Below, one piece after another: positions 17,929 to 32,000 of a stretch of 32,000 nucleotides of DNA (position 1 is the first letter of the stretch; each line of letters opens with the position of its first letter). Under the pieces are notes generated by a model. It was given only the letters and a program-made list of their open reading frames with translations, was not told the DNA's origin and searched no databases. The stretch covers positions 1,747,051 to 1,779,050 of the forward strand of contig CP075369.1 in assembly GCA_019454205.1 (NCBI GenBank). Reading direction: 5' to 3'. Origin of the DNA: Xanthobacteraceae bacterium. GTDB taxonomy: Bacteria > Pseudomonadota > Alphaproteobacteria > Rhizobiales > Xanthobacteraceae. A program made the position numbers and the translations under genes.

Positions 17929-18633
17929 TTACGCGGCCTGATCGCCGCGGCGGCTGGTGCGGTTGTCGCCGTCCGCCAGTTTCTTGTCCTGCGCCATCGG
18001 ATCGTGTTCGAGGATTTCGCCCTTGAAGATCCAGACCTTCACGCCGCAGGTGCCGTAGGTGGTGAACGCGGTGCCGGTGCCGTAATCGACGTCGGCGCGC
18101 AGCGTATGCAGCGGCACGCGGCCTTCGCGGTACCACTCCATGCGCGCGATTTCGTTGCCGCCGAGACGGCCGGAGCAGTTGATGCGGATGCCTTCGGCGC
18201 CGAGGCGCATCGCGGACTGCACCGCGCGCTTCATGGCGCGGCGGAACGCAACGCGGCGCTCAAGCTGCTGCGCGATCGAGTCGGCGACCAGATGCGCGTC
18301 GATTTCCGGCTTGCGGATTTCGAGGATGTTGATGATGACTTCCGAGTCCGTCATCTTCGAAATCTGCTTGCGCAGCTTGTCGATGTCGGCGCCCTTCTTG
18401 CCGATCACGACGCCCGGACGGCCGGAGTGGATCGTCACGCGGCACTTCTTGTGCGGGCGCTCGATCACGATCTTCGCGACCGCGGCCTGCTTGAGCTGCT
18501 TCATGAGGAAATCGCGGATCTTGATGTCCTCGTGCAGGAGCTTGCCGTATTCGTTCTTGCGAGCGAACCAGCGCGAGTCCCAGGTGCGATTGATGCCGAG
18601 CCGGAGGCCGGTCGGATTAACTTTCTGTCCCAT
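17929..18633 (-). CDS. rpsC: 30S ribosomal protein S3 (uS3)
   Basis: [24 protein letters not shown]..., with a KH domain. Confidence 0.98.
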   Translation of the reverse strand: MGQKVNPTGLRLGINRTWDSRWFARKNEYGKLLHEDIKIRDFLMKQLKQAAVAKIVIERPHKKCRVTIHSGRPGVVIGKKGADIDKLRKQISKMTDSEVIINILEIRKPEIDAHLVADSIAQQLERRVAFRRAMKRAVQSAMRLGAEGIRINCSGRLGGNEIARMEWYREGRVPLHTLRADVDYGTGTAFTTYGTCGVKVWIFKGEILEHDPMAQDKKLADGDNRTSRRGDQAA

Positions 18634-19058
18634 CAGGCGCTCGCTTTCGCTTCTGCTTTGGGTTTCGATTTCTTCTTCGGAGCATGTTCCTCGACCTCGC
18701 GCACGACGATCGTGATGTTCGAGAACGGCTTTTCGATACCAGACGAACGGCCGCGGCCGCGCGGGGTGAACCGCTGCATCACCAGCGCCTTGCCGGTGTA
18801 GGCCTCGGCGACGACGAGATCGTCGACATCGAGCTGGTGGTTGTTTTCCGCGTTCGCGATCGCGCTATCGAGGCACTTGATCACGTCCTTCGCGATGCGC
18901 TTCTTCGAGAACTGCAGGTCGGCGCGCGCGGTCGCGACCTTCTTGCCGCGGATCAGGCCCGCGACGAGGTCGAGCTTGCGCTGGCCGATGCGCAGGTTGC
19001 GCGCAACCGCCTTGGCCTCGTTGTCTTTCAGCGCTCGTTTGTTTGCTGGCTTGCCCAT
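18633..19058 (-). CDS. rplV: 50S ribosomal protein L22 (uL22)
   Basis: [48 protein letters not shown]... It has a Lys/Ala-rich C-terminal tail. Confidence 0.97.
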   Translation of the reverse strand: MGKPANKRALKDNEAKAVARNLRIGQRKLDLVAGLIRGKKVATARADLQFSKKRIAKDVIKCLDSAIANAENNHQLDVDDLVVAEAYTGKALVMQRFTPRGRGRSSGIEKPFSNITIVVREVEEHAPKKKSKPKAEAKASA

Positions 19059-19070
19059 GACTGTTCCCGA

Positions 19071-19352
19071 TTAAGCCTTCTTGGCTTTCTTGTCGGCGGC
19101 GGTGTGGCCCGTGAACGTGCGGGTCGGCGAGAACTCGCCGAACTTGTGCCCCACCATCTCTTCCGAGACGTAGACCGGAACGTGCTTCTGGCCGTTGTAG
19201 ACGCCGAAGGTCAGGCCGACGAACTGCGGCAGGATCGTCGAGCGGCGGCTCCAGATCTTGATCACTTCCGAGCGGCCGGAACCGCGCGCGGCATCTGCCT
19301 TCTTGAGCAGATACCCGTCGACGAAAGGACCTTTCCAAACTGAACGGCTCAT
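19071..19352 (-). CDS. rpsS: 30S ribosomal protein S19 (uS19)
   Basis: [18 protein letters not shown]...[34 protein letters not shown]. Confidence 0.98.
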   Translation of the reverse strand: MSRSVWKGPFVDGYLLKKADAARGSGRSEVIKIWSRRSTILPQFVGLTFGVYNGQKHVPVYVSEEMVGHKFGEFSPTRTFTGHTAADKKAKKA

Positions 19353-19355
19353 CGT

Positions 19356-20195
19356 TTAGGCCTTCTTCTTCCGCGCGTGGCGGTTCGCAATGATGAACTT
19401 GTTGGTGCGCTTGTTCTTGCGGGTCTTCTTGCCCTTGGTCGGGAAGCCCCACGGCGACACCGGATGGCGGCCGCCCGAAGTGCGGCCTTCGCCGCCGCCG
19501 TGCGGGTGGTCGACCGGGTTCATCGCGACGCCGCGGTTGCCCGGCTTCTTGCCCTTCCAGATGTTGCGGCCGGCCTTGCCGATCGCGGTGTTCATGTGAT
19601 CGGGGTTCGACACCGCGCCGACGGTCGCGAAGCAGCGGCCGTGGATCAGGCGCTGCTCGCCCGAATGCAGGCGAACGATGCAGTAACCCTGGTCGCGGCC
19701 CACGATCTGCGCGTAGGTGCCGGCGGAACGGGCGATCTGGCCGCCCTTCCCGATCTTGGTCTCGATGTTATGGACGATGGTGCCGACCGGCATGTTCTCC
19801 AGCGGCATCGCATTGCCCGGCTTCACGTCCACATCTTCACCGGCGACGAGCTTGTCGCCGGGATTCACGCGCTGCGGCGCGAGGATGTAGGCGAGCGTGC
19901 CGTTGTCGTACTTCAGCAGCGCCAGGTACGCCGTACGGTTCGGATCGTATTCGATCCGTTCGACAGTGCCGACGATGTCGCGCGTGACACGCTTGAAATC
20001 GACCGTGCGCAGCGAACGCTTGTGACCGCCGCCGCGGAAGCGGACGGTGATGCGGCCGTTGTTGTTGCGCGCACCCGTGTTCATCTTGCCGGTGGTCAGG
20101 CTCTTTTCCGGCTTACCTTTGTGCAGGCCGGTGCGATCGACGCTGACGTACTGCCGGAGACCGGGAGTGACGGGTTTATATGTTCTGAGTGCCAT
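19356..20195 (-). CDS. rplB: 50S ribosomal protein L2 (uL2)
   Basis: 279 aa, ...[19 protein letters not shown]..., [25 protein letters not shown]. Confidence 0.98.
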   Translation of the reverse strand: MALRTYKPVTPGLRQYVSVDRTGLHKGKPEKSLTTGKMNTGARNNNGRITVRFRGGGHKRSLRTVDFKRVTRDIVGTVERIEYDPNRTAYLALLKYDNGTLAYILAPQRVNPGDKLVAGEDVDVKPGNAMPLENMPVGTIVHNIETKIGKGGQIARSAGTYAQIVGRDQGYCIVRLHSGEQRLIHGRCFATVGAVSNPDHMNTAIGKAGRNIWKGKKPGNRGVAMNPVDHPHGGGEGRTSGGRHPVSPWGFPTKGKKTRKNKRTNKFIIANRHARKKKA

Positions 20196-20207
20196 GACTT
20201 CTTATCC

Positions 20208-20504
20208 TCAGAGGCCCGTGGTGACGTCGATGGTGCTGCCCGCTTCGAGCGTCACGATCGCTTTCTTCACGTCGCCCTGAAAACCGCGCACGCCGCGGAA
20301 CCGCTTGGCCTTGCCCTTGCGAATGGTGGTGTTGACGCTCGTCACCTTCACCTCGAACAGCTTCTCGACCGCGTTCTTGATCTCGGTCTTGGTCGCGTCG
20401 AGGCGAACCTTGAACACAACCTTGTTGTGCTCGGAGGCCGCGGTCGCCTTTTCGGTCACGACCGGCGACAGGATCACGTCGTAATGGCGCGTTTCCTTGC
20501 TCAT
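20208..20504 (-). CDS. rplW: 50S ribosomal protein L23 (uL23)
   Basis: [26 protein letters not shown]...[18 protein letters not shown]. The ATG overlaps the rplD stop (ATGA). Confidence 0.97.
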   Translation of the reverse strand: MSKETRHYDVILSPVVTEKATAASEHNKVVFKVRLDATKTEIKNAVEKLFEVKVTSVNTTIRKGKAKRFRGVRGFQGDVKKAIVTLEAGSTIDVTTGL

Positions 20505-21121
20505 TTGAATCGCGCCTCCAGCGCATCGAGGGCGGCCTTGGTCAGCACCAGCTTCTGGCGGCGCATGATGTCGTAGACGTTGATGCCCTGAACCGGCAGC
20601 ACGTCGACCTCGCGCAGGTTGCGCGCGGCAAGGCCGAAGTTCTTCTCGATCTCCGCGCCGCCGATGACGAGCGCATTCGAGAAACCGAGATCGGCGAAGT
20701 TCTTCGCCAGCGTCTTGGTCTTCGGTTCTTTCAGCGTCGCTTCCGAGAGCACGACGATCGCGGACTCTTTCGCCTTCGCCGAAAGCGCATGCTTCAGCGC
20801 GAGCTGACGCAGCTTCTTCGGCAGTTCGGTTTCATGCGAACGCACGACCGGACCGAAGGCGCGGCCGCCGCCACGGAACTGCGGCACGCGGGCCGAGCCG
20901 TGACGGGCATTACCGGTGCCCTTCTGGCCGTACATCTTCTTGCCCGTGCGCCAGATTTCCGCACGGTTCTTTACTTTATGCGTACCGGCGCGGCGCTTGT
21001 TGAGCTGCCAGTTGACGACACGATGCAGCAGGTCGGCGCGCACTTCGAGACCGAAGATCGCGTCGTCCAGCTTGACCGACTCGCCTTTCTTGCCGTCGAG
21101 CGAAACGATGGAGAGTTCCAT
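20501..21121 (-). CDS. rplD: 50S ribosomal protein L4 (uL4)
   Basis: 206 aa, ...[44 protein letters not shown]. Confidence 0.97.
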   Translation of the reverse strand: MELSIVSLDGKKGESVKLDDAIFGLEVRADLLHRVVNWQLNKRRAGTHKVKNRAEIWRTGKKMYGQKGTGNARHGSARVPQFRGGGRAFGPVVRSHETELPKKLRQLALKHALSAKAKESAIVVLSEATLKEPKTKTLAKNFADLGFSNALVIGGAEIEKNFGLAARNLREVDVLPVQGINVYDIMRRQKLVLTKAALDALEARFK

Positions 21122-21894
21122 TATGCGCCCTCCTTCGCTTCAGTTGCTTCCGGAGCGGGAGCGGCGTCAGCGGCAGGCGCTTCTTCCTTCTTTGCTTCCG
21201 GCTTCTTGTTGGCTTCATCGGCAAGGCGGAACTTGCCCGGCTTCGGCGCATCCTTCGGGAGCGCCTTCTTCACGGCGTCGCGCACCATGATCCAGCCGCC
21301 CTTCGCGCCCGGAACGGCACCTTCGACGAGCAGGAGGCCCTTCTCGACATCGGTGCGCACGACTTTCAGGTTCAGCGTGGTGACGGTTTCGTCGCCCATG
21401 TGACCCGGCATCTTCTTGTTCTTGAAGGTCTTGCCCGGATCCTGACGGCCGCCGGTCGAACCGATCGAGCGGTGCGAGATCGACACGCCGTGCGAGGCGC
21501 GCAGGCCGCCGAAGTTCCAGCGCTTCATGCCGCCGGCGAAACCCTTACCGATCGTGGTGCCGGTGACGTCGACGAACTGGCCTTCCACGAAGTGGTCCGC
21601 GGTGATTTCCGCGCCGACCGGGATCAGGCTGTCGGCGGGCACGCGGAATTCCACGAGCTTGCGCTTCGGCTCGATCTTCGAGACGGCGAAGTGGCCGCGC
21701 ATGGCCTTCGAGACGCGCGTGGTGCGGCGCGTGCCGGCACCAAGCTGGAGCGCGACATAGCCGTTCTTTTCCATCGTGCGATGGGCAACGACCTGGCAGT
21801 TTTCGAGTTTCAGCACCGTGACCGGGACATGCTCGCCCGCGTTGGTAAAGACGCGGGTCATGCCGATCTTCTGTGCGATTACGCCGGAGCGCAT
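21121..21894 (-). CDS. rplC: 50S ribosomal protein L3 (uL3) with an acidic/Ala-Pro-rich C-terminal tail
   Basis: [36 protein letters not shown]...[16 protein letters not shown]. The tail is ...[33 protein letters not shown]. Confidence 0.97.
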   Translation of the reverse strand: MRSGVIAQKIGMTRVFTNAGEHVPVTVLKLENCQVVAHRTMEKNGYVALQLGAGTRRTTRVSKAMRGHFAVSKIEPKRKLVEFRVPADSLIPVGAEITADHFVEGQFVDVTGTTIGKGFAGGMKRWNFGGLRASHGVSISHRSIGSTGGRQDPGKTFKNKKMPGHMGDETVTTLNLKVVRTDVEKGLLLVEGAVPGAKGGWIMVRDAVKKALPKDAPKPGKFRLADEANKKPEAKKEEAPAADAAPAPEATEAKEGA

Positions 21895-21919
21895 TGTACT
21901 TTCCTCGTTCGCTTATCGC

Positions 21920-22228
21920 TTAGAGCTTGATCTCGACATCGACGCCCGCAGCCAGGTCGAGCTTCATCAGCGCGTCCACGGTCTGCGGCGTCGGGTCGAC
22001 GATGTCCAAAAGGCGCTTGTGAGTGCGCATTTCGAACTGCTCGCGGCTCTTTTTGTCGATGTGGGGCGAGCGGTTGACGGTGAACTTCTCGATCCGCGTC
22101 GGCAGCGGAATGGGCCCGCGTACTTGCGCGCCCGTACGCTTGGCGGTCGCCACGATTTCCCGCGTCGAAGTATCGAGAATTCGGTGGTCGAACGCCTTGA
22201 GGCGGATTCGGATATTCTGGCCGTTCAT
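21920..22228 (-). CDS. rpsJ: 30S ribosomal protein S10 (uS10)
   Basis: [66 protein letters not shown]. Confidence 0.98.
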   Translation of the reverse strand: MNGQNIRIRLKAFDHRILDTSTREIVATAKRTGAQVRGPIPLPTRIEKFTVNRSPHIDKKSREQFEMRTHKRLLDIVDPTPQTVDALMKLDLAAGVDVEIKL

Positions 22229-22287
22229 CGCATTAGCTCCACGGGTGTCCCGCGTTTTGGGTTACTTTTATTTCCGGTAGTCGCGGA

Positions 22288-23478
<1,191 letters not shown>

Positions 23479-23534
23479 CTTGCTCTCCGTTCAGCCTAAG
23501 CGGCGAAGTCCTGTTGAATCCAAATGCGAAAGGC

Positions 23535-25607
<2,073 letters not shown>

Positions 25608-25634
25608 GATGTGTCCTCGGCCGGTTTCTGCGCG

Positions 25635-26105
25635 TTACCAGCGGTAATGGGAAAAGGCGCGGTTCGCTTCGGCCATGCGATGCGTGTCTTCGCGCTTCTT
25701 GACGGCGTTGCCCCGGTTGTTGCTTGCGTCGAGCAGTTCGCCCGACAGACGGTCCACCATCGTCTTTTCGTTGCGCTCGCGCGCGGCGTCGATCAGCCAG
25801 CGGATGGCGAGCGCCTGGCGGCGGTCCGGACGGACTTCGACCGGCACCTGATAGGTCGCGCCGCCGACGCGGCGGGAGCGGACTTCGACCGACGGCGCGA
25901 CGTTGTCGAGCGCCGACTGGAAAACCGTGAGCGGGCTGGTCTTGGCCTTCGCCTCGATGACGTCGAGCGCGCCGTAGACGATTCCTTCGGCGACCGACTT
26001 CTTACCCTGCTTCATCACCGCATTCATGAAGCGGTTTACGACGAGCGATCCGAACTTCGGATCCGGAAGGAGTTCGCGTTTTTCTGCGCGGTGGCGGCGG
26101 GACAT
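25635..26105 (-). CDS. rpsG: 30S ribosomal protein S7 (uS7)
   Basis: [46 protein letters not shown]...AFSHYRW. Confidence 0.98.
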   Translation of the reverse strand: MSRRHRAEKRELLPDPKFGSLVVNRFMNAVMKQGKKSVAEGIVYGALDVIEAKAKTSPLTVFQSALDNVAPSVEVRSRRVGGATYQVPVEVRPDRRQALAIRWLIDAARERNEKTMVDRLSGELLDASNNRGNAVKKREDTHRMAEANRAFSHYRW

Positions 26106-26118
26106 GTTCGCGCTCCCC

Positions 26119-26490
26119 TTACTTCGGACGCTTCGCGCCGTAGAGCGAACGGCGCTGTTTGCGGTTCTTGACGCCCTGCGTATCGAGGACGCCGCGGAGG
26201 ATGTGGTAGCGGACGCCCGGAAGATCCTTCACGCGGCCGCCGCGGATCATCACCACCGAGTGTTCCTGCAGGTTGTGGCCCTCACCCGGGATGTAGCCGA
26301 TCACTTCGAAGCCGTTGGTCAGGCGAACCTTGGCGACCTTGCGAAGCGCCGAGTTCGGCTTCTTCGGGGTCGTCGTATAGACGCGCGTGCAGACGCCGCG
26401 CTTCTGCGGCGACGCCTGAAGTGCCGGCACCTTGTTGCGGTAGCGCGGCGCGATCCGAGGCTTGCGGATGAGCTGGTTAATCGTAGGCAT
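26119..26490 (-). CDS. rpsL: 30S ribosomal protein S12 (uS12)
   Basis: ORF 26119..26580 trimmed to [60 protein letters not shown] (ATG 26490-26488). Confidence 0.97.
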   Translation of the reverse strand: MPTINQLIRKPRIAPRYRNKVPALQASPQKRGVCTRVYTTTPKKPNSALRKVAKVRLTNGFEVIGYIPGEGHNLQEHSVVMIRGGRVKDLPGVRYHILRGVLDTQGVKNRKQRRSLYGAKRPK

Positions 26491-26748
26491 TCGGCCTTCA
26501 CCCTGTGTTCGCCAAAGCCGCGTCCGGCTCCGGCAGTAGAAAAACGAGCAAACAAAACGTGCGCTCTTTCCACGGGACACGCGGAAAAGCGCCCATTTGC
26601 CTGCACAGAGGACCGAGTGCGGGTTGCCCCGGCCCGGTCGTACACCCTGATCTGACGTCGGTAGTCAGAGGCAGCGTCTCGGAACCCTGGATCTGCGCTG
26701 TTGCGCTGATCGGCGGATCCGACCGCCTGCCTGCAATTTCGAGCCGGG

Positions 26749-26777
26749 TTTTAGACTCGCGAGTCGGGATGCGTCAA
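26749..26777 (-). promoter_or_regulatory. candidate promoter of the str operon (rpsL-rpsG-fusA-tuf)
   Basis: The minus strand reads CTTGACG with TTGACG at 26777-26772, a 17-nt spacer, then CTAAAA at 26754-26749. It lies directly downstream of a hairpin and implies a leader of about 250 nt. Confidence 0.4.
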
Positions 26778-26780
26778 GGC

Positions 26781-26808
26781 AAAAACCCCTTGGGAATCGC
26801 GGGTTTTT
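26781..26808 (-). terminator. weak terminator-like hairpin flanked by A5/T5 (bidirectional in appearance)
   Basis: AAAAACCC-cttgggaatcgc-GGGTTTTT. Only 3 G:C pairs plus A:U pairs and a 12-nt loop, so the call is weak. It lies between the paralog cluster and the putative rpsL promoter. Confidence 0.3.
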
Positions 26809-27144
26809 GAGGCTTTTTGCCCCTGCTGGCCCCGTCACATTCAGGCGAAAAAGAGTCCACTCTTTTGCGCACGATTTCCCATTCATGAGAAAGCATGGAT
26901 GCCGGTCCGCGAGTCCGGCCGGAAGGCTTTACCACCGCATCCGCATTGCCCCGCATGGCGGGTTAATTGTCATTATTTTCCAGATACTTAGAGTTTCCGG
27001 TCAGGCCCTCAGGAGGCGGTCGAACTGATTCTGCCGGCCTTCAGCAAGTCTGTCGCCTGCGCCTCGGAGCACGGACCGCCCCCGGCACCCGCCGTTTCCG
27101 CCATCACGCCCCGCACAGCACGGTGACCCGAAACGAAAGAGACG

Positions 27145-27573
27145 TCAGCGCAGACCGCTTCCGGCAGAATTTTCATTGAACTCGATTCTGCGCACCGGCC
27201 GCGCGCGCCACTTCCCGTCCGGATGGCGGCAGACGGTCGCCTGAAATGTCGGATTCAGCCCGCCATCATTCGCGTGATGCACGACATGAATGAAGCGGCG
27301 GCAGAACCATGCGCCTTCGCTGTCCGGCACTTTCAGTCCCGCGATGATGGTGCCCGACGAACCATGCGGGCCGCGCCAGTCGTAGCCGGTAATCAAACCG
27401 TCCTGTGCCAGCACCGCCTGTTCGGCATCGTAGGCGGCAAGCTTGTCCTCGTAGCGCATCAGCGCGGTTTCCTTTTCCGCAAGTATTCCGGGCACGGACG
27501 GCGACTGCGCGAACGCGACGGACATCGCGCCGGAAATTTGCAGCGACAGAACTGCCGTAAGGAAGAGACGCAC
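27145..27573 (-). CDS. small secreted Cys-containing protein, paralog 1 of 3 (17-kDa-surface-antigen-like C-terminal module, unknown function)
   Basis: GTG start 4 nt after the paralog 2 stop. Signal peptide MRLFLTAVLSLQISGAMSVAFA|QS. Shared core GYDWRGPHGSSGTII...FCRRFIHVVHHANDGGLNPTFQATVCRHPDGKW. It has a unique C-terminal tail of about 19 aa. Confidence 0.7.
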   Translation of the reverse strand: MRLFLTAVLSLQISGAMSVAFAQSPSVPGILAEKETALMRYEDKLAAYDAEQAVLAQDGLITGYDWRGPHGSSGTIIAGLKVPDSEGAWFCRRFIHVVHHANDGGLNPTFQATVCRHPDGKWRARPVRRIEFNENSAGSGLR

Positions 27574-27577
27574 CGCC

Positions 27578-27964
27578 CTACCCGCTGATCCGTTCGCGCA
27601 ACGTCCACCGCCCGTCTACGCCGCGGCAAAGCGTGCCGACAAAGGTCGGATTCAACCCGCCATCGTTCTTGTGGTGCACGACATGGATGAAGCGGCGACA
27701 GAACGTGGCGCTCAACGTATCCGCGACCAGCCCGCCAACGATGACCGTACCGGACGCGCCATCCGGTCCCTTCCATTCATAGCCGGTGACGATTTCTCCG
27801 CTGACCAGCGCGGCGCGCTCTGCTTCCCGCGCGGCGAGCTTGTCCGGATAGGAAAGCGAGGCCGTCTCGCGGTCAGCGAAAATGCCGGACACTTTTTCCT
27901 GCTGCGCAACCGAAACCTGCATCGGCAACAGCAACGCTGCGAGAACCATCAAGCTGCGATTCAT
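27578..27964 (-). CDS. small secreted Cys-containing protein, paralog 2 of 3
   Basis: The ATG lies 15 nt after the paralog 3 stop. Signal peptide MNRSLMVLAALLLPMQVSVA|QQ. Core GYEWKGPDGASGTVIVGG...FCRRFIHVVHHKNDGGLNPTFVGTLCRGVDGRW. Confidence 0.75.
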   Translation of the reverse strand: MNRSLMVLAALLLPMQVSVAQQEKVSGIFADRETASLSYPDKLAAREAERAALVSGEIVTGYEWKGPDGASGTVIVGGLVADTLSATFCRRFIHVVHHKNDGGLNPTFVGTLCRGVDGRWTLRERISG

Positions 27965-27979
27965 TTTCCGTCCGCTTCG

Positions 27980-28342
27980 CTATTCTACCGCCCACTCGCC
28001 GTCCCAGCCGCGGCATACCTTACCACGAAAGGTGGGGTTCAAACCGCCGTCGTTTCCGTGGCGAATGATATGGATAAAGGTGCGGCACCTGCCGAGTGCA
28101 ACGTGATCGGGATATTCGCCGCCGACGATGATGAAGCCGCTCGCCCCATCCGGCCCGTGCCATTCGTAACTCTTGACCGGCACGTCGCGGTCGAGAACTT
28201 CCCTTTCGGCATTGGTTGCGGCCAAGCGGTCGCGATCGCTCAAGCCTTCGACTTCGCGCTTCGCCAGAATTTCGTGCGCAAGCAACGGCGAAACCGAAAC
28301 GCAGACAACAAACAATGCCGCGAACCAAATAGTCTTCTTCAT
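27980..28342 (-). CDS. small secreted Cys-containing protein, paralog 3 of 3
   Basis: ORF 27980..28744 trimmed to MKKTIWFAALFVVCVSVSPLLAHE... (ATG 28342-28340). Core SYEWHGPDGASGFIIVGG...RCRTFIHIIRHGNDGGLNPTFRGKVCRGWDGEW. The upstream in-frame part crosses the rpoC terminator and has AT-rich third codon positions. Confidence 0.7.
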   Translation of the reverse strand: MKKTIWFAALFVVCVSVSPLLAHEILAKREVEGLSDRDRLAATNAEREVLDRDVPVKSYEWHGPDGASGFIIVGGEYPDHVALGRCRTFIHIIRHGNDGGLNPTFRGKVCRGWDGEWAVE

Positions 28343-28371
28343 GCGAAGGCCGTGACACGGAAACATGAAAG

Positions 28372-28399
28372 AAAAAAGGACCGCCCTTTCGAGCGGCCC
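28372..28399 (-). promoter_or_regulatory. terminator-like hairpin plus U6 inside the leader of paralog 3 (possible attenuator or end of a small transcript)
   Basis: The minus strand reads GGGCCGC-ucgaaagg-GCGGUCC-UUUUUU. The stem is 7 bp and includes a G:U pair that exists only on the minus strand (A:C on the plus strand). The U-run ends 29 nt before the ATG at 28342. Confidence 0.4.
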
Positions 28400-28601
28400 T
28401 TGGGCGTCCCTGCAAATTTTTGCCTTCGAAAACTTCCCCCGGCATCCAATGAATAAGAACAACAGGCAGGACCATGCCGGCAGAAAGAACATAGCAGATT
28501 TACGCATCCCTCGCGCGTACCCTCTTTGCTCCGCAAGGACGGTAATACATTGCCTCAACGCGTTTACACACGCGAGAATAACGAGACGAACAAAGACAAA
28601 C

Positions 28602-28630
28602 AAAAAGGCCGCCCCGAAGGGCGGCCTTTT
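28602..28630 (-). terminator. rho-independent terminator after rpoC
   Basis: The minus strand reads AAAAGGCCGCCC-uucg-GGGCGGCC followed by UUUUUGUUUGUCUUUG. The hairpin starts 23 nt after the rpoC TAA stop. Confidence 0.85.
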
Positions 28631-28649
28631 GCATTTCATGCAGCGATAC

Positions 28650-32000
<3,351 letters not shown>

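Noticed and set aside
27040-27144. Possible degenerate fourth copy of the paralog. A minus-strand frame reads ...SPCCAGRDGGNGGCRGRS..., faintly echoing NDGG...CRG.
   Set aside because: The resemblance is limited to a few residues in G/C-rich codons. There is no W-x-G-P or FIH element, and I could build no alignable nucleotide stretch. A sensitive nucleotide or HMM comparison would be needed to revive this idea.
27028-27170. A 10-nt inverted repeat, ATTCTGCCGG (27028-27037) and CCGGCAGAAT (27161-27170), flanking the paralog 1 stop codon.
   Set aside because: A single 10-mer inverted match within about 650 bp is not far from chance by my rough estimate (order 0.1-0.2 expected). There are no target-site duplications or other transposon or MITE hallmarks.
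28343-28507. In-frame upstream start for paralog 3 that would give a lipoprotein-like N-terminus (MRKSAMFFLPAWSCLLFLFIGC...).
   Set aside because: This segment has AT-rich third codon positions, unlike the genes here, and no spaced Shine-Dalgarno. It contains the terminator-like hairpin plus U6, and it would create a protein with two tandem signal-like segments. The MKKTIWF... start is more plausible.

Overview
High-GC (about 60-65% by eye) alphaproteobacterial chromosome segment, probably Hyphomicrobiales-like. About 20 kb is the canonical minus-strand ribosomal/transcription-translation supercluster. Its order is rpoC (3' part, runs off the right edge), rpsL-rpsG-fusA-tuf, then rpsJ-rplC-rplD-rplW-rplB-rpsS-rplV-rpsC-rplP-rpmC-rpsQ, then rplN-rplX-rplE-rpsN-rpsH-rplF-rplR-rpsE-rpmD-rplO-secY-adk, then rpsM-rpsK-rpoA-rplQ. 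All of these are intact. The left 8 kb holds housekeeping and envelope genes: a partial membrane protein, DUF4260, an ATP12 chaperone, an RluC-type pseudouridine synthase, crcB, DUF1236, a small P/Q-rich secreted protein, rarA, a DegP/HtrA protease, a lipoprotein, and yidB-like plus a GlsB/YeaQ/YmgE gene. I recognised no tRNA, rRNA, CRISPR array or mobile element. Many long ORFs in the supplied track are antisense or out-of-frame shadows of real genes, which is typical at high GC. Several track ORFs also carry spurious N-terminal extensions, which I trimmed by hand. There are two points of interest. (1) A 2.16 kb insertion lies between rpoC and rpsL, loci that are normally adjacent. It carries three tandem paralogous genes for small secreted Cys-containing proteins with an invariant NDGGLNPTF core, bracketed by terminator-like hairpins and an unexplained noncoding spacer. 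(2) Three GGAAC-N16/17-(C/G)GTT motifs of the EcfG general-stress sigma type sit at promoter distance upstream of small secreted or stress-family genes. The rest of the window is ordinary core genome.
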